From assembly GCA_963693055.1 (NCBI GenBank), contig OY843751.1, positions 3,104,001-3,168,000 on the forward strand: a stretch of 64,000 nucleotides of DNA, written 5' to 3'. The DNA is from a bacterium (GTDB lineage Bacteria > Zhuqueibacterota > Zhuqueibacteria > Residuimicrobiales > Krinioviventaceae). The position numbers were made by a program, and so were the translations under genes. Below are positions 10,127 to 18,914 of this stretch, in pieces. Within the stretch, counting starts at the first letter, position 1. Every line of letters begins with the position of its first letter. The notes beneath the pieces were generated by a model. The model was not told the origin of the DNA and made no database searches. It saw only the letters and a program-made list of their open reading frames with translations.

Positions 10127-11170
10127 ATGGCTTTATCATCAGAATATAACCACATTTTGAATTATTTCATTCAAGGAGAATATTTCAAAGCAAGAGAAGA
10201 ACTGGAATCTCTTGTTAAAGCACAACCCGATAATACCACATTTCTTCTTTTACTTGGCAGGTGTAATCTGGCTTTAAAAAACATTCAAGAAGCAGAAAAA
10301 ATATATAAAAACCTCGCTTCTTCCACTGATCCCCAATACATAACAGAAAAAAGTGAAGCTGACCTCATATTGGGGAATCCGGAACAAAGTCTCAAACAAT
10401 TAGAAACACATCTTGCACAAAATACCGGTTCATCTGAATCATTTTTTATTGCTGCTCTGGCAGCTTACAAAACAGGCAATATTATAAAGTCTGATGAAAT
10501 GATGAGACAAGCCGTTAGTTTGGGATTAGAATGGGAAGATGAACTCCCAATCAACATTGTTGTTGAAAACATGTTGTCACTGATCGAGTTCCATGATTTT
10601 GAAAATATATATCTTGATATTTGCGAAGAAATTGATGAAGGAAACGACAGTCCAAATAATCGTTGGTTCGCACTCAACATGCCAATTTATGATTATTTTA
10701 CAGCTCCAAAAGATCAGGAACAAAAATCATTTCAACTATTGGCTCACATTGATCCCCTGGCGTCACCGGATGTACTTGCAAATGGCAATGAGAAATTAAA
10801 AGTTATTCTTAACGATCTGGCAGCCAGCCAAACTGATGCCCGATTTGGTCTTGAAGCTATAAAATTACTGGAAGATAATAACGAAAAAGAACTGGCCAAA
10901 CTCATTCTTGCGATGCTGCTTGATCACTTGGGTCAGTTTAGCCAGTATATCGGATTAAGTAATGAATTTGTCAAAAAATCACAATTACAAAACTTGGTAA
11001 CCGTTTTACCATACAGAATTGCCATTATTATCATGGTTTTATATACAACAACCAACCCCATAGAATCCATGCAATATATGTCTGAAAAAGAAACCAATAA
11101 TACAATCATTAATGGCTTATTAGCAGCTTGTTTGACAACATTTTATCAGGAGATAAAAAAGTATCAATAA
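10127..11170 (+). CDS. Tetratricopeptide repeat protein, function unknown
   Basis: N-terminal TPR-like helices (GEYFKAREELE...PDN...LLLGRCNL). Helical C-terminal region. Confidence 0.7.
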   Translation: MALSSEYNHILNYFIQGEYFKAREELESLVKAQPDNTTFLLLLGRCNLALKNIQEAEKIYKNLASSTDPQYITEKSEADLILGNPEQSLKQLETHLAQNTGSSESFFIAALAAYKTGNIIKSDEMMRQAVSLGLEWEDELPINIVVENMLSLIEFHDFENIYLDICEEIDEGNDSPNNRWFALNMPIYDYFTAPKDQEQKSFQLLAHIDPLASPDVLANGNEKLKVILNDLAASQTDARFGLEAIKLLEDNNEKELAKLILAMLLDHLGQFSQYIGLSNEFVKKSQLQNLVTVLPYRIAIIIMVLYTTTNPIESMQYMSEKETNNTIINGLLAACLTTFYQEIKKYQ

Positions 11171-11214
11171 TTGTACTCTTAACTCATTCACTAATATTAA
11201 AGAGGAGGTTGGAT

Positions 11215-12765
11215 ATGCTGGCCGAATTTCGTAATGAACCATATTGTGATTTCAACAAAGAGGAAATACGAAAAGCGCAGCAGGATGCTCTTGCGTTAGT
11301 TAAATCAAAATTTGATAAAGAGTATCCCCTCTACATCAATGGTCAAGATGTAAAAAGCGACAAAACATTCAAGAGTTACAATCCGTCACAAAAAGATCAG
11401 GTTGTTGGCACATTCTACAAAGCCGGAATCAAAGAAGTAGACATGGCCATGGAAGCAGCGTTAACTGCGTTTGAAAAATGGAAACGGGTAGCCCCAAAAG
11501 AACGGGCAATTGTGCTTTTAAAAGCAGCCCAGATTATGCGCAAACGTAAATTTGAAGTCAATGCCTGGATGGTTTATGAAACAGGTAAAAACTGGCTGGA
11601 AGCAGAAGCAGATACATCAGAAGCTATTGACTTTATGGATTTTTACGCCCGGGAAATGATCCGATGGAGTGAGATCAAAGGCGTTCTTCCCTTTACAAAC
11701 GAAGTTCCGCAGTTGAATTATATTCCGCTGGGTGTTGGGGCTGTTATTCCTCCATGGAACTTTCCTATGGCAATTTTAACAGGAATGACTACAGCAGCAA
11801 TTGTAGCCGGTAATACCGTTCTGCTAAAACCTGCAAGCGATTCCCCTGCAATTGGCTACTTGTTGGTTGAGATCATGAAAGAAGCGGGTTTACCCGCAGG
11901 TGTTTTAAATTTCATTCCGGGGAGTGGTAGCGAAATTGGTGATTATATTGTAGAGCATCCCAAAACACGATTCATAAGTTTTACCGGTTCTAAAGAAGTT
12001 GGCCTTCGTATCAATGAATTGGCGTCAAAATTGTCACCAGGGCAAATTTGGGTAAAACGCGTTATTGCGGAAATGGGTGGCAAAGATACTATTGTGGTAG
12101 ACAGCGAAGCAGATCTGGAAGATGCTGCTACAAACATTGTTGCTTCTGCATTTGGTTTTCAGGGTCAAAAATGTTCTGCATGTTCAAGAGCAATACTTGT
12201 TGAAGATATATACGACAAGGTTGTTAATCTGGTTGTAGAAAAAACCAAGAAATTAACTGTAGGCAATGTTGAAGATTTTAAAAATTATATGGGGCCGGTA
12301 ATCAATAAAGCATCTGAAGAAAAAATCCTTTCATACATAGAGCATGGTAAAAATGAGCATACATTACTAACTGGCGGCAAAAAAATTTCAGATGAAGGCT
12401 ATTTTATTGAACCGACGGTATTCAAAGATGTTGAACCTGGCAGTCGTATTGATCAGGAAGAGATCTTTGGTCCTGTATTGGCAATTCTTAAAGCAAAATC
12501 ATTTGATGATGCAATTAAATTAGCAAACAGTACAGAATTCGGATTAACCGGAGCGGTTTATACAAAAAATCGCTATAAAATTGAAAAAGCAAAATCAGAA
12601 TTCTTTGTAGGTAATCTTTATATCAATCGTAAATGTACCGGAGCAATGGTTGCAGCTCATCCCTTTGGTGGGTTTAACATGAGCGGTACTGATTCAAAAG
12701 CAGGTGGATTCGATTATCTGGGGCTTTTCATGCAGGCCAAATCTGTTTGTGAAAAACTGATTTAA
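11215..12765 (+). CDS. pruA: L-glutamate gamma-semialdehyde (P5C) dehydrogenase
   Basis: FRNEP N-terminus, [59 protein letters not shown] before ATG 11215. Confidence 0.93.
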   Translation: MLAEFRNEPYCDFNKEEIRKAQQDALALVKSKFDKEYPLYINGQDVKSDKTFKSYNPSQKDQVVGTFYKAGIKEVDMAMEAALTAFEKWKRVAPKERAIVLLKAAQIMRKRKFEVNAWMVYETGKNWLEAEADTSEAIDFMDFYAREMIRWSEIKGVLPFTNEVPQLNYIPLGVGAVIPPWNFPMAILTGMTTAAIVAGNTVLLKPASDSPAIGYLLVEIMKEAGLPAGVLNFIPGSGSEIGDYIVEHPKTRFISFTGSKEVGLRINELASKLSPGQIWVKRVIAEMGGKDTIVVDSEADLEDAATNIVASAFGFQGQKCSACSRAILVEDIYDKVVNLVVEKTKKLTVGNVEDFKNYMGPVINKASEEKILSYIEHGKNEHTLLTGGKKISDEGYFIEPTVFKDVEPGSRIDQEEIFGPVLAILKAKSFDDAIKLANSTEFGLTGAVYTKNRYKIEKAKSEFFVGNLYINRKCTGAMVAAHPFGGFNMSGTDSKAGGFDYLGLFMQAKSVCEKLI

Positions 12766-12771
12766 TCATGC

Positions 12772-12800
12772 AAGCCCTGGACAAATTGTCCGGGGCTTTT
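12772..12800 (+). terminator. Rho-independent terminator
   Basis: AAGCCCTGGACAA-a-TTGTCCGGGGCTT followed by TT. Confidence 0.8.
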
Positions 12801-12939
12801 GTTTATTTTGTGACACAACATGCTACATTTATTCACAGGTATGAGGCATTTTCACACCTGTCATTTCTACCTTCACACCACCAACTAACATAACTCTAAT
12901 AAAATCAAAGAATAATTATTTTCTATATCTCAACACATT

Positions 12940-12955
12940 TGGCATATATTTTGTA
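12940..12955 (+). promoter_or_regulatory. Candidate sigma54 (-24/-12) promoter, imperfect
   Basis: TGGCATATATTTTGTA: GG-N10-GT versus consensus TGGCAC-N5-TTGC, 35 nt before ATG 12990. Repeated TTCACA motifs at about 12830-12880 could be activator sites. Confidence 0.5.
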
Positions 12956-12989
12956 ATTAATTTAATAACAAGTAGTAGGAGTTGGGGAA

Positions 12990-13385
12990 ATGAATAAAAA
13001 TATTTTATTTATTACAGTATTGATGATTTTTGTCTTTTGCAGCATGAATGGATATGCAAAAGATAAAGAGTCTAATGTTACGGTTCAAATAACTCAAGAG
13101 AATACAAATCCATTTTTTATTCTGGAAAAAAATGAACAAAACCCATTTGAACAAAGAGTTTTGCGTTTTACTCTGTTAAAACCTGAATCTGTAACATTGT
13201 GCATTTTTGATCTAAAGGGGAACAAGGTTAACACACTTGTAGCTGCGGAATTGGAACTAGGAACACATAATTTTCTTTGGGACGGAAATGATAATATGGG
13301 AAATCCAGTCAAGAGTGGTGTTTATCGATATTCTTTAAAAACCAGAGAAATTGAAGAATCTCATATAATAGCATTTTTACGCTAA
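12990..13385 (+). CDS. Small secreted protein consisting of a FlgD Ig-like / T9SS-type C-terminal domain
   Basis: Signal peptide, then QNPF...VTLCIFDLKGNKVNTLV...WDGNDNMGNPVKSGVYRY. Confidence 0.75.
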   Translation: MNKNILFITVLMIFVFCSMNGYAKDKESNVTVQITQENTNPFFILEKNEQNPFEQRVLRFTLLKPESVTLCIFDLKGNKVNTLVAAELELGTHNFLWDGNDNMGNPVKSGVYRYSLKTREIEESHIIAFLR

Positions 13386-14081
13386 TAAACTGAGATACGT
13401 TAACAGGTCATCCATTGATCCTTCCCTGTCAGGTTTAAATTTGCTTTTACCCCTATTCTTTTGAAAATTGGTAACAAGAAAAGTACGTATACCAGCTTTT
13501 TTTGCAGACAAGTCATCAATATGGTCATTACCAATCATTAAACATTCACTGGGTTTACAATTGATTTTTTTCAGGATTTCTTCAAAATAACTTTTATGTG
13601 GTTTTGAGCTGTGCATTTCATCAATGCCGGTTATTAAATCAAAATTAAAATCTGTAATCCCTCCTTTTTCAAGCCTGATGTTTATAGCAATTTTGGGAAA
13701 GATAGGCACAGTGGCAACAACAATCTTGTCGGCAATTTCAGCAGCTTTATTCAAACAATCAATTGCACCAGGTACCGGTTTAATAACATCAATAGATCTG
13801 TATTCATTATCATAATATTCTAAAAATAATTTATGCATTTCATCCGGTTCTAACCCTGTATATGTTTTTAATTCATTGTAAAACACATCAATTAAAACCG
13901 TATTTGAATTTTTCATCTTGAACAAAGGGCGACTGGATTTGTAAATAGCATCAATAAAATTTACATTTTTACAAAACGGTTGAATTACGGGGGCAAGAGA
14001 TTTAAAATATGCATCTAAAAAACTTTGCATATCGTTTTCTATAAGCGTGTCATCCAGATCAAAAAGTATAGCGCGAAACAT
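13377..14081 (-). CDS. HAD superfamily hydrolase
   Basis: LFDLDDTL, SKP, LMIGNDHIDD motifs. Confidence 0.88.
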   Translation of the reverse strand: MFRAILFDLDDTLIENDMQSFLDAYFKSLAPVIQPFCKNVNFIDAIYKSSRPLFKMKNSNTVLIDVFYNELKTYTGLEPDEMHKLFLEYYDNEYRSIDVIKPVPGAIDCLNKAAEIADKIVVATVPIFPKIAINIRLEKGGITDFNFDLITGIDEMHSSKPHKSYFEEILKKINCKPSECLMIGNDHIDDLSAKKAGIRTFLVTNFQKNRGKSKFKPDREGSMDDLLTYLSLLA

Positions 14082-14181
14082 TATACATCCTATAAAATAT
14101 TGATAGTTACAATATTAAATAATATAGGCAAAATTACTGACAATACATAATAATTTAAAAAAGGAAGGAAATGAGAAAATC

Positions 14182-14784
14182 TTAATGCTTGATCACTTCA
14201 ACCCAATACAATTCAGGATTTTCATCGATGCCTGTACATTCAAATCCGCCAAGAGTCAACATGTCTTTTAACCGCTTCGAATGTGGTAAAATATCATGAC
14301 TAACGACTCCCTCAAGCGACGCATGCATTTTATTGAGTTTACGACTACAGCTTGTATGCAATACAAGCATCTTGCCGCCTTTTTTTAAAACCCTATACAG
14401 TTCATGAATAGCTTTAACCGGAGTAGGTATGTGTGGAAATACAGAAAAGCATACAATCTTGTCTGCAGACTCTGGTTGAAAGGGCAATGCCATAACATCA
14501 GAACAGGTATAATCGCAATTATTAGAATGAATATGTTGACGTGCAATTTTCAGCATATTGTCTGATATATCTTCAGCCACTACTCTACCCTTTTTCCCAA
14601 CCAACGGATAAAGATGTTGAGTCAAACGACCTGTTCCTGCGCCAATATCCAGTACATAATCACCATCTTTTACCCCAAATTCATTCATATAATGAACAAG
14701 TTGAGAGTTTGGTTTTGCGATATTGTCCCAACGCGCAGCTATTGAATTAAAATATTCACGATGGGTCATGGTCGGTTTCTCCAT
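14182..14784 (-). CDS. Class I SAM-dependent methyltransferase (UbiE/MenG-like)
   Basis: VLDIGAGTG, EDISDNML, RVLKKGG. Overlaps the upstream ECF-S gene. Confidence 0.88.
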   Translation of the reverse strand: MEKPTMTHREYFNSIAARWDNIAKPNSQLVHYMNEFGVKDGDYVLDIGAGTGRLTQHLYPLVGKKGRVVAEDISDNMLKIARQHIHSNNCDYTCSDVMALPFQPESADKIVCFSVFPHIPTPVKAIHELYRVLKKGGKMLVLHTSCSRKLNKMHASLEGVVSHDILPHSKRLKDMLTLGGFECTGIDENPELYWVEVIKH

Positions 14785-15281
14785 ACCGGTTCATGTTTGA
14801 TACGTTGCAAAACAATGGTTACAAAAAATAAAACAGAAATTATTCCCGGTAGTCCTTTTAATAAATATGCGATTGTTGCAATCCCCGGAGGAAGCCCAAG
14901 CATCTTTGCCAATGGTACTACAGCTAGAAACAAAGAAAATCGGGATGCAACAAAAGCCAGTAATAAAACCCAAAATACACCAAACCGGGTATATTTATAT
15001 ACCAAACCACCAATCAGGGTCAAGGTGAACAATTCAATGATCATAATATAAATAATGGGTGGAGAAATTGGAGGCATACCAGTCAAAAGAAATGACAAAA
15101 TAGGTGTTAAGACACCAACACCAATTGCAAAATAAAGAGGTAAAAAAAACAAAGAAGCAGCTACGGGCCAAAACATGGGTAAGAAAATATTGGCAATACC
15201 GGCTGCATGAAAAACAATCGGAAACAAAACACCAAGCGCAATAAACATTGCGCTCAGTGTTAAATATCTGGAATTTGACAT
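14766..15281 (-). CDS. ECF transporter S component
   Basis: About 5-6 TM segments. Pattern ALGVLFP..FH....FLPM...G.LTPILSFLLTGMPP...MIIEL, typical of uncharacterised ECF-S proteins. Confidence 0.8.
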   Translation of the reverse strand: MSNSRYLTLSAMFIALGVLFPIVFHAAGIANIFLPMFWPVAASLFFLPLYFAIGVGVLTPILSFLLTGMPPISPPIIYIMIIELFTLTLIGGLVYKYTRFGVFWVLLLAFVASRFSLFLAVVPLAKMLGLPPGIATIAYLLKGLPGIISVLFFVTIVLQRIKHEPVWRNRP

Positions 15282-15283
15282 GC

Positions 15284-17131
15284 CTAGATTCCTACATTCA
15301 TATCAAACATTAAAGTTCTGCCAGGCATAGGATAACCATAAACTGTCTGATATTCAGCATCCAGTAAATTTCTGGCTGATACTTTGAAACTGATAAAAGG
15401 TATAGGAGGATTAATCAATGCTGATACATGTAAAAGTGTATAATCTTCCATAGGAGTCAAACGATTATCACTTCCATATATATCCATTGCGTGTACAACG
15501 GTTGCTGATAAACTCGTAAATGGCAATGCATAAGATGCAGTTGCTGACAGCTTTTTACCAGGTGTTTCACGAGTTTCATCACCCAAATCGAGTTTTGCCC
15601 AGTTGGTAGTAATATTCAATTTTTCAATGGGCAACCATTTAACAGAAATTTCGTAACCGGAATGGGTAAATTCACCGGAATTTGTAAAGCTTGGTCCGGT
15701 TTGGCCCATTACAGTTCTAATCATGTTTTCACCTTCTGAACGAAATAAACTTGCTTCTACATTTAAACTATTGCCAAGATCCTGGCCTACTCCAACTTCA
15801 TAGTTCCACATACGTTCAGGATCAAGTTCTTCGTTTCTGGGGGGAAAGACATAAAGTTCACGGATTGCAGGGCTTCTAAATCCTTTTGCTGCTGACATTC
15901 TTAAAGATGAATGAGTTAAAGGACGAATCACCAAACCAACTTTGGGTAACAATTCTTGTCCATATAATTCATGATTTTCCATACGAACACCGGCAGATGC
16001 TATAATGTTTTGCATAATCATTTGCTGAGTATGAATATAGGGAGCCCATTCTGAAATTGAATGTTCGGAATAATCAATATATCCAACCTGTCCTAATGAT
16101 TCTTCAGCATCACCACCATATTGTTTTACATCAAAACCAGCAGTGGTCATATTGCCGGTAAAAGGCTGAATATTGTGGTAAAACATAACACCAATGGTTT
16201 GATCATTTGAACGCCATCCATCATAAATTTTGTGCTTGCCAAAATTTCCATGGAGTTTTAAAAAGGATTCACCTAAACCGCTCTTGTGATCAATAGTCAA
16301 ATCAGCACCTGAGCGTTTTAAATCATACCAGTGATCTATAAAAGGATTTTCTTCAGTACCAGGATCAAACATGTAAATATTTGAAAGATTGGCATTAAAA
16401 GCAATATTGGTAGATCTTAATACCTGATAACTTGCATGAGCAGTATAAAAATCACCTTCATAACCGGAATAATCACGATGTCCATCGTTACTGCGAGTAG
16501 CAGCGGTTACATAATATTCAAAACCTCCAAACTTTCCGCCATGAAATCCAGACAATTTTTGAATTCCAAAATTACCCATACCACCAGAGATGCGGGAAGT
16601 AAAACCATCTTTTTTAACTTTGCTGGATACAATGTTAATGACTCCACCCATGGCATTGGTTCCGTACAAAAAGGAAGCCGGTCCGCGAACAACTTCAACT
16701 CGCTCAACACCATCCAAAGAATAAGCATCAGGGATAGGGTGCCCCATCATACCCATGATATCGGGACGGCCATCTCGCAGCACCAAAACACCGGTTACTG
16801 GAGAACCGCCAACACCACGAATACTGATCCCTCCTGCTGCTCCTGAAGCAACTCCATATCCCATGATGTTTTTTTCAGTAATGTGCACACCAGGGACCTG
16901 TTCACTAACTAATTCGAGAACAGAATTTGTTGTTGCATGATCAATAGCTGCTTGATCAATAACGGTTACACTGGATGCAATCTCTTTTTGTGGACCTTGA
17001 AATTTTGTAGCGGTAACTACTACAGGGTTAAAAACATACTTGACTGAATCTTTAGTACCTACTGTATTTTCAGCGAATATATTAAATGATAAAATAAAAA
17101 GGGTCAATACTACTATTGAAGTTTTTTTCAA
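15284..17131 (-). CDS. TonB-dependent outer membrane receptor (BtuB/CirA-like)
   Basis: Signal peptide, TonB box VVVTATK, plug motif ERVEVVRGPASFLYGTNAMGGVINI, GFRSP, NLLD..Y...GYPMPGRT. TTG start with GGAGG RBS. Confidence 0.93.
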   Translation of the reverse strand: MKKTSIVVLTLFILSFNIFAENTVGTKDSVKYVFNPVVVTATKFQGPQKEIASSVTVIDQAAIDHATTNSVLELVSEQVPGVHITEKNIMGYGVASGAAGGISIRGVGGSPVTGVLVLRDGRPDIMGMMGHPIPDAYSLDGVERVEVVRGPASFLYGTNAMGGVINIVSSKVKKDGFTSRISGGMGNFGIQKLSGFHGGKFGGFEYYVTAATRSNDGHRDYSGYEGDFYTAHASYQVLRSTNIAFNANLSNIYMFDPGTEENPFIDHWYDLKRSGADLTIDHKSGLGESFLKLHGNFGKHKIYDGWRSNDQTIGVMFYHNIQPFTGNMTTAGFDVKQYGGDAEESLGQVGYIDYSEHSISEWAPYIHTQQMIMQNIIASAGVRMENHELYGQELLPKVGLVIRPLTHSSLRMSAAKGFRSPAIRELYVFPPRNEELDPERMWNYEVGVGQDLGNSLNVEASLFRSEGENMIRTVMGQTGPSFTNSGEFTHSGYEISVKWLPIEKLNITTNWAKLDLGDETRETPGKKLSATASYALPFTSLSATVVHAMDIYGSDNRLTPMEDYTLLHVSALINPPIPFISFKVSARNLLDAEYQTVYGYPMPGRTLMFDMNVGI

Positions 17132-17155
17132 TCTGTTTTCCTCCGCGTTAGTGGA

Positions 17156-17575
17156 TTATTTTAAATTTTTACCTGTTGTGGTAGTAACCAGTTTACCGTG
17201 TATCACTCCCTTCATGCCGATGATGGTATCGGCAATTTTACGGACATCTCTGGCTTTACCTCGTACTGCGGATACTTCTAAACAATGATCATGATCAAGG
17301 TGGACATGCATGGTTGATATAATTTGATGATGATGGTGGTGCTCTTTTTCGGTTTTCTTTTGGTCAATCTGCAGATTGTGATGATTATATATAATTGTAA
17401 TGGTACCAATGGTGTCCTGCTCTTCATCTTCCCATTCACTTTTAACCAAAGAGTCACGAATAAGATCACGGATAGCTTCTGAACGGTTCGCGTAACCTTT
17501 TTGTTCTATCAAGCTATCAAATTTTTTCAACAAGTCATTATCTAATGATACACCGAATCGGCTTAGGCTGCTCAT
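17156..17575 (-). CDS. nikR: Nickel-responsive transcriptional regulator
   Basis: RHH domain RFGVSL...[14 protein letters not shown] and Ni site H...[12 protein letters not shown]. Confidence 0.96.
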   Translation of the reverse strand: MSSLSRFGVSLDNDLLKKFDSLIEQKGYANRSEAIRDLIRDSLVKSEWEDEEQDTIGTITIIYNHHNLQIDQKKTEKEHHHHHQIISTMHVHLDHDHCLEVSAVRGKARDVRKIADTIIGMKGVIHGKLVTTTTGKNLK

Positions 17576-17589
17576 ATCAATTCACCTTC

Positions 17590-17616
17590 GTGTTACGATT
17601 TACAAATTAATAACAC
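17590..17616. promoter_or_regulatory. Putative NikR operator
   Basis: Perfect dyad GTGTTA-N15-TAACAC, 15 nt upstream of the nikR start and just downstream of a TTGATT -35-like hexamer. Resembles deltaproteobacterial NikR boxes (from memory). Confidence 0.8.
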
Positions 17617-17662
17617 TAACTATTAAAATCAACACTTTTTTTAAATTAATTATTTCACTTTT

Positions 17663-18907
17663 TTAATAAAAAACAAGACTGGAAAAGGAAACAAAAGAAT
17701 TGTTACCCATATCTGCAGTGCCATAATCAACAAGATGACCAGAATCAGGTGTTAAAAGTTCTAATAGCGTGGTAATTGCAGAATATCCACAAATATGGTA
17801 ATAATCATCAGTAGATTGAATAATTTCCTGAAATCGCTCATTGTCCCAACCAATGAGTGATTGTATTAATGCATTGTCGTTTGCTTTCATTTTAGTTAAA
17901 AAAGCTTTATCAACAGTATGTGAATTATCATAATTTTGCCCTACATGCGCAAAATCCACACTTGCGATGTAGCAAACTCTCCCCTTGTATGTTCTTAGTG
18001 CCTGTTTGAGACTAGTAACAAAATCATTAAAAATACTTGCATAATGTTCAAATCCATTTTCAAAAATCATTGGAGAAAAAGAACACAATACAGGTAATAT
18101 TTTAGCATCAGGATAAAGATATTTTAAAAATACAGATTGAAATTCAATACTGTGTTCGTTTTTATGGACAAATTCATCATCCAAAAAATCCGTTTGTGAC
18201 AGGTAATTAATTTGTTTCACAACATCTTTATCTGTTTTAACTTTGCCTAATGGTGTTACAAAATCTTTTTCTGTTAAAGCAAATAAATTTTTCAAACCCA
18301 TATGCCCTATTCCCAATACTATATATAAATCTGCACCGGGTTTATCTTTTAAACATTGATAGGCATGTACAAAACTTTTAGCTCCCAATTGTAAATCAAT
18401 ATGTGGAGCAATGATTGCTTTTGGAAATTTATTAAAGGGTTGTATAAAAGTGGGATTGGTATTTTTAAACAAATCATTTAAAAAAGATGCCAGTTCTTTA
18501 GCTTTAGACGGGTAACTACTTCCTGCGCATGATGGCAATCTTTCAGGTAACTGGCGATAGTCTGCTTTAATTCTTTGCATTTCTTGAGAAAATTGCAGTG
18601 AATTCAGCATAAAAGACTGATCGAGATGTTTTATAAACTCCTGAATTTTGGTTTCAGGTACATTTTCATTAAAAGCATTTTTATAGATTTCCCAAATATC
18701 TTTAATCGTATGTGAACCATCAAAAAATTGTAATAAATACGCATAATCCTGAGTAATTAATAACTCATTATCACTTATGCCGAGGGTATCAAATATAACA
18801 ATATATTGAATACCATTTTGCTTTGTTGATGTAAAATCAATTCCGGAACGAAGTTGAGGACAATAAATACTACTATTTAATTCAAATATACGCTGCTCAA
18901 TACTCAA
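17663..18907 (-). CDS. MEMO1-family (AmmeMemoRadiSam B) protein with N-terminal extension
   Basis: AGSSYP, IIAPHID, LGIGH, FVTPLG, EHSIEFQ, ASVDFAHVG, ICG motifs. Start taken at TTG 18907 after AGGGGA. Confidence 0.85.
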   Translation of the reverse strand: MSIEQRIFELNSSIYCPQLRSGIDFTSTKQNGIQYIVIFDTLGISDNELLITQDYAYLLQFFDGSHTIKDIWEIYKNAFNENVPETKIQEFIKHLDQSFMLNSLQFSQEMQRIKADYRQLPERLPSCAGSSYPSKAKELASFLNDLFKNTNPTFIQPFNKFPKAIIAPHIDLQLGAKSFVHAYQCLKDKPGADLYIVLGIGHMGLKNLFALTEKDFVTPLGKVKTDKDVVKQINYLSQTDFLDDEFVHKNEHSIEFQSVFLKYLYPDAKILPVLCSFSPMIFENGFEHYASIFNDFVTSLKQALRTYKGRVCYIASVDFAHVGQNYDNSHTVDKAFLTKMKANDNALIQSLIGWDNERFQEIIQSTDDYYHICGYSAITTLLELLTPDSGHLVDYGTADMGNNSFVSFSSLVFY

Positions 18908-18914
18908 ACTACTA

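Noticed and set aside
17132-17155. Cobalamin riboswitch ahead of the BtuB-like receptor
   Set aside because: Only 24 nt separate nikR and the receptor, and no B12-box is present upstream of nikR. The NikR-type dyad explains regulation better.
17320-17345. Poly-His run in NikR as a novel feature
   Set aside because: It falls at the normal Ni-ligand His region of NikR, and His enrichment there is unremarkable.
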